NCBI RefSeq assembly: GCF_018977255.1
Contig: NW_024704742.1
Span: 71,178,001 to 71,242,000, forward strand
Direction of reading: 5' to 3'
Length of the DNA stretch: 64,000 nt
DNA from: Callorhinchus milii
Lineage: Eukaryota
The position numbers and the translations under genes were made by a program. Below are positions 63,335 through 64,000 of the stretch, piece after piece. Numbering within the stretch: position 1 is the stretch's first letter; each line of letters begins with the position of its first letter. Under the pieces are notes generated by a model. That model saw only the letters and a program-made list of their open reading frames with translations. It made no database searches and was not told the DNA's origin.

Positions 63335-64000
63335 AACAACAACAAATTACATTTGCATAGTGCCTTTCACATCAGGAGGTCGTCCCAAGGTGCTGGATAG
63401 TGCAGGGTTGGGATCAGGAAGGGTGGAGGGCAGGGAGGGTAGGGCTAGGAGGGTAACCAAAGGCAGGTGTTGAAGAGGAGGGTTTTGAGGTAGGTTTTGA
63501 AGAAGGCAGAGAGGGAGCAAGGTGGTGAAGACATTGGTCGATGTGGTAGCAGGTTACAGAAATAGGGAGGAGCAAGGCCATGGAGGACTTCGAAGGTCAG
63601 GATGCAGAATTTGAATGCTATACCAAGTCCGGGGCATGGGTAGCCAGTGGACCAGGGCGAGGATGGGGGTGATGGAGTCTAGTGCCGGAGAGGACACAAG
63701 CTGCAGAGTTCTGAATGATCTGCAGCTTGTGGAGGGAAGAGTTGGGAAGGCTGACAAACAGGGAGTTAGCATAGTTGACTGTAGAAAGTTAGCTCACATC
63801 CAGGACTTGATGTCTGACAGGCAATCTGTCAGGACAGCAGTGGTACTGTGGTCGAGGGTGGAGGCAGAGAGGTACAGTTGGCTGTAATACATGTGGAAGT
63901 TGACCCCACGTCTGCAGATCATGTCACCAAAAGAGAACATGTACAGGTTGAAAAGGAGAGGACCCAGGACAGAGCCCTGAGGAACACCACAAAAGACGGT
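63335..64000 (-). mobile_element. Older L2 fragment, runs off the window end
   Basis: [15 protein letters not shown] and LHWLP-type motifs on the minus strand. Confidence 0.85.

Overview
Eukaryotic, repeat-dense vertebrate DNA. The repeat repertoire (L2 LINEs, CR1 tails, Deu-domain tRNA-derived SINEs, a Penelope fragment, a shark-type ~65-bp repeat) points to a cartilaginous fish, probably a chimaera; this is inference. The only clear protein-coding gene is a single uninterrupted ~6.8-kb ORF (46065-52859, +) for an interferon-inducible very large GTPase (GVIN1/VLIG/URG4 family). Its sequence suggests a MACPF-like N-terminal module, a degenerate first GTPase-like domain, a canonical GTPase domain and a C-terminal Cys/His cluster. 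Upstream is a ~2.2-kb near-identical tandem duplication. Each copy carries a paired GAS + ISRE + TATA + short exon + splice-donor cassette, which looks like a doubled interferon-responsive promoter for the GTPase. Other items are a decayed 28S rRNA fragment, a 3-kb G-rich minisatellite, a decayed LTR/ERV integrase, two paralogous non-repeat segments with a coding-like substitution pattern, a possible minus-strand spliced transcript, and several hairpins. Most short ORFs in the track are transposon remnants or low-complexity artefacts. Repeat boundaries were set by eye and are approximate.
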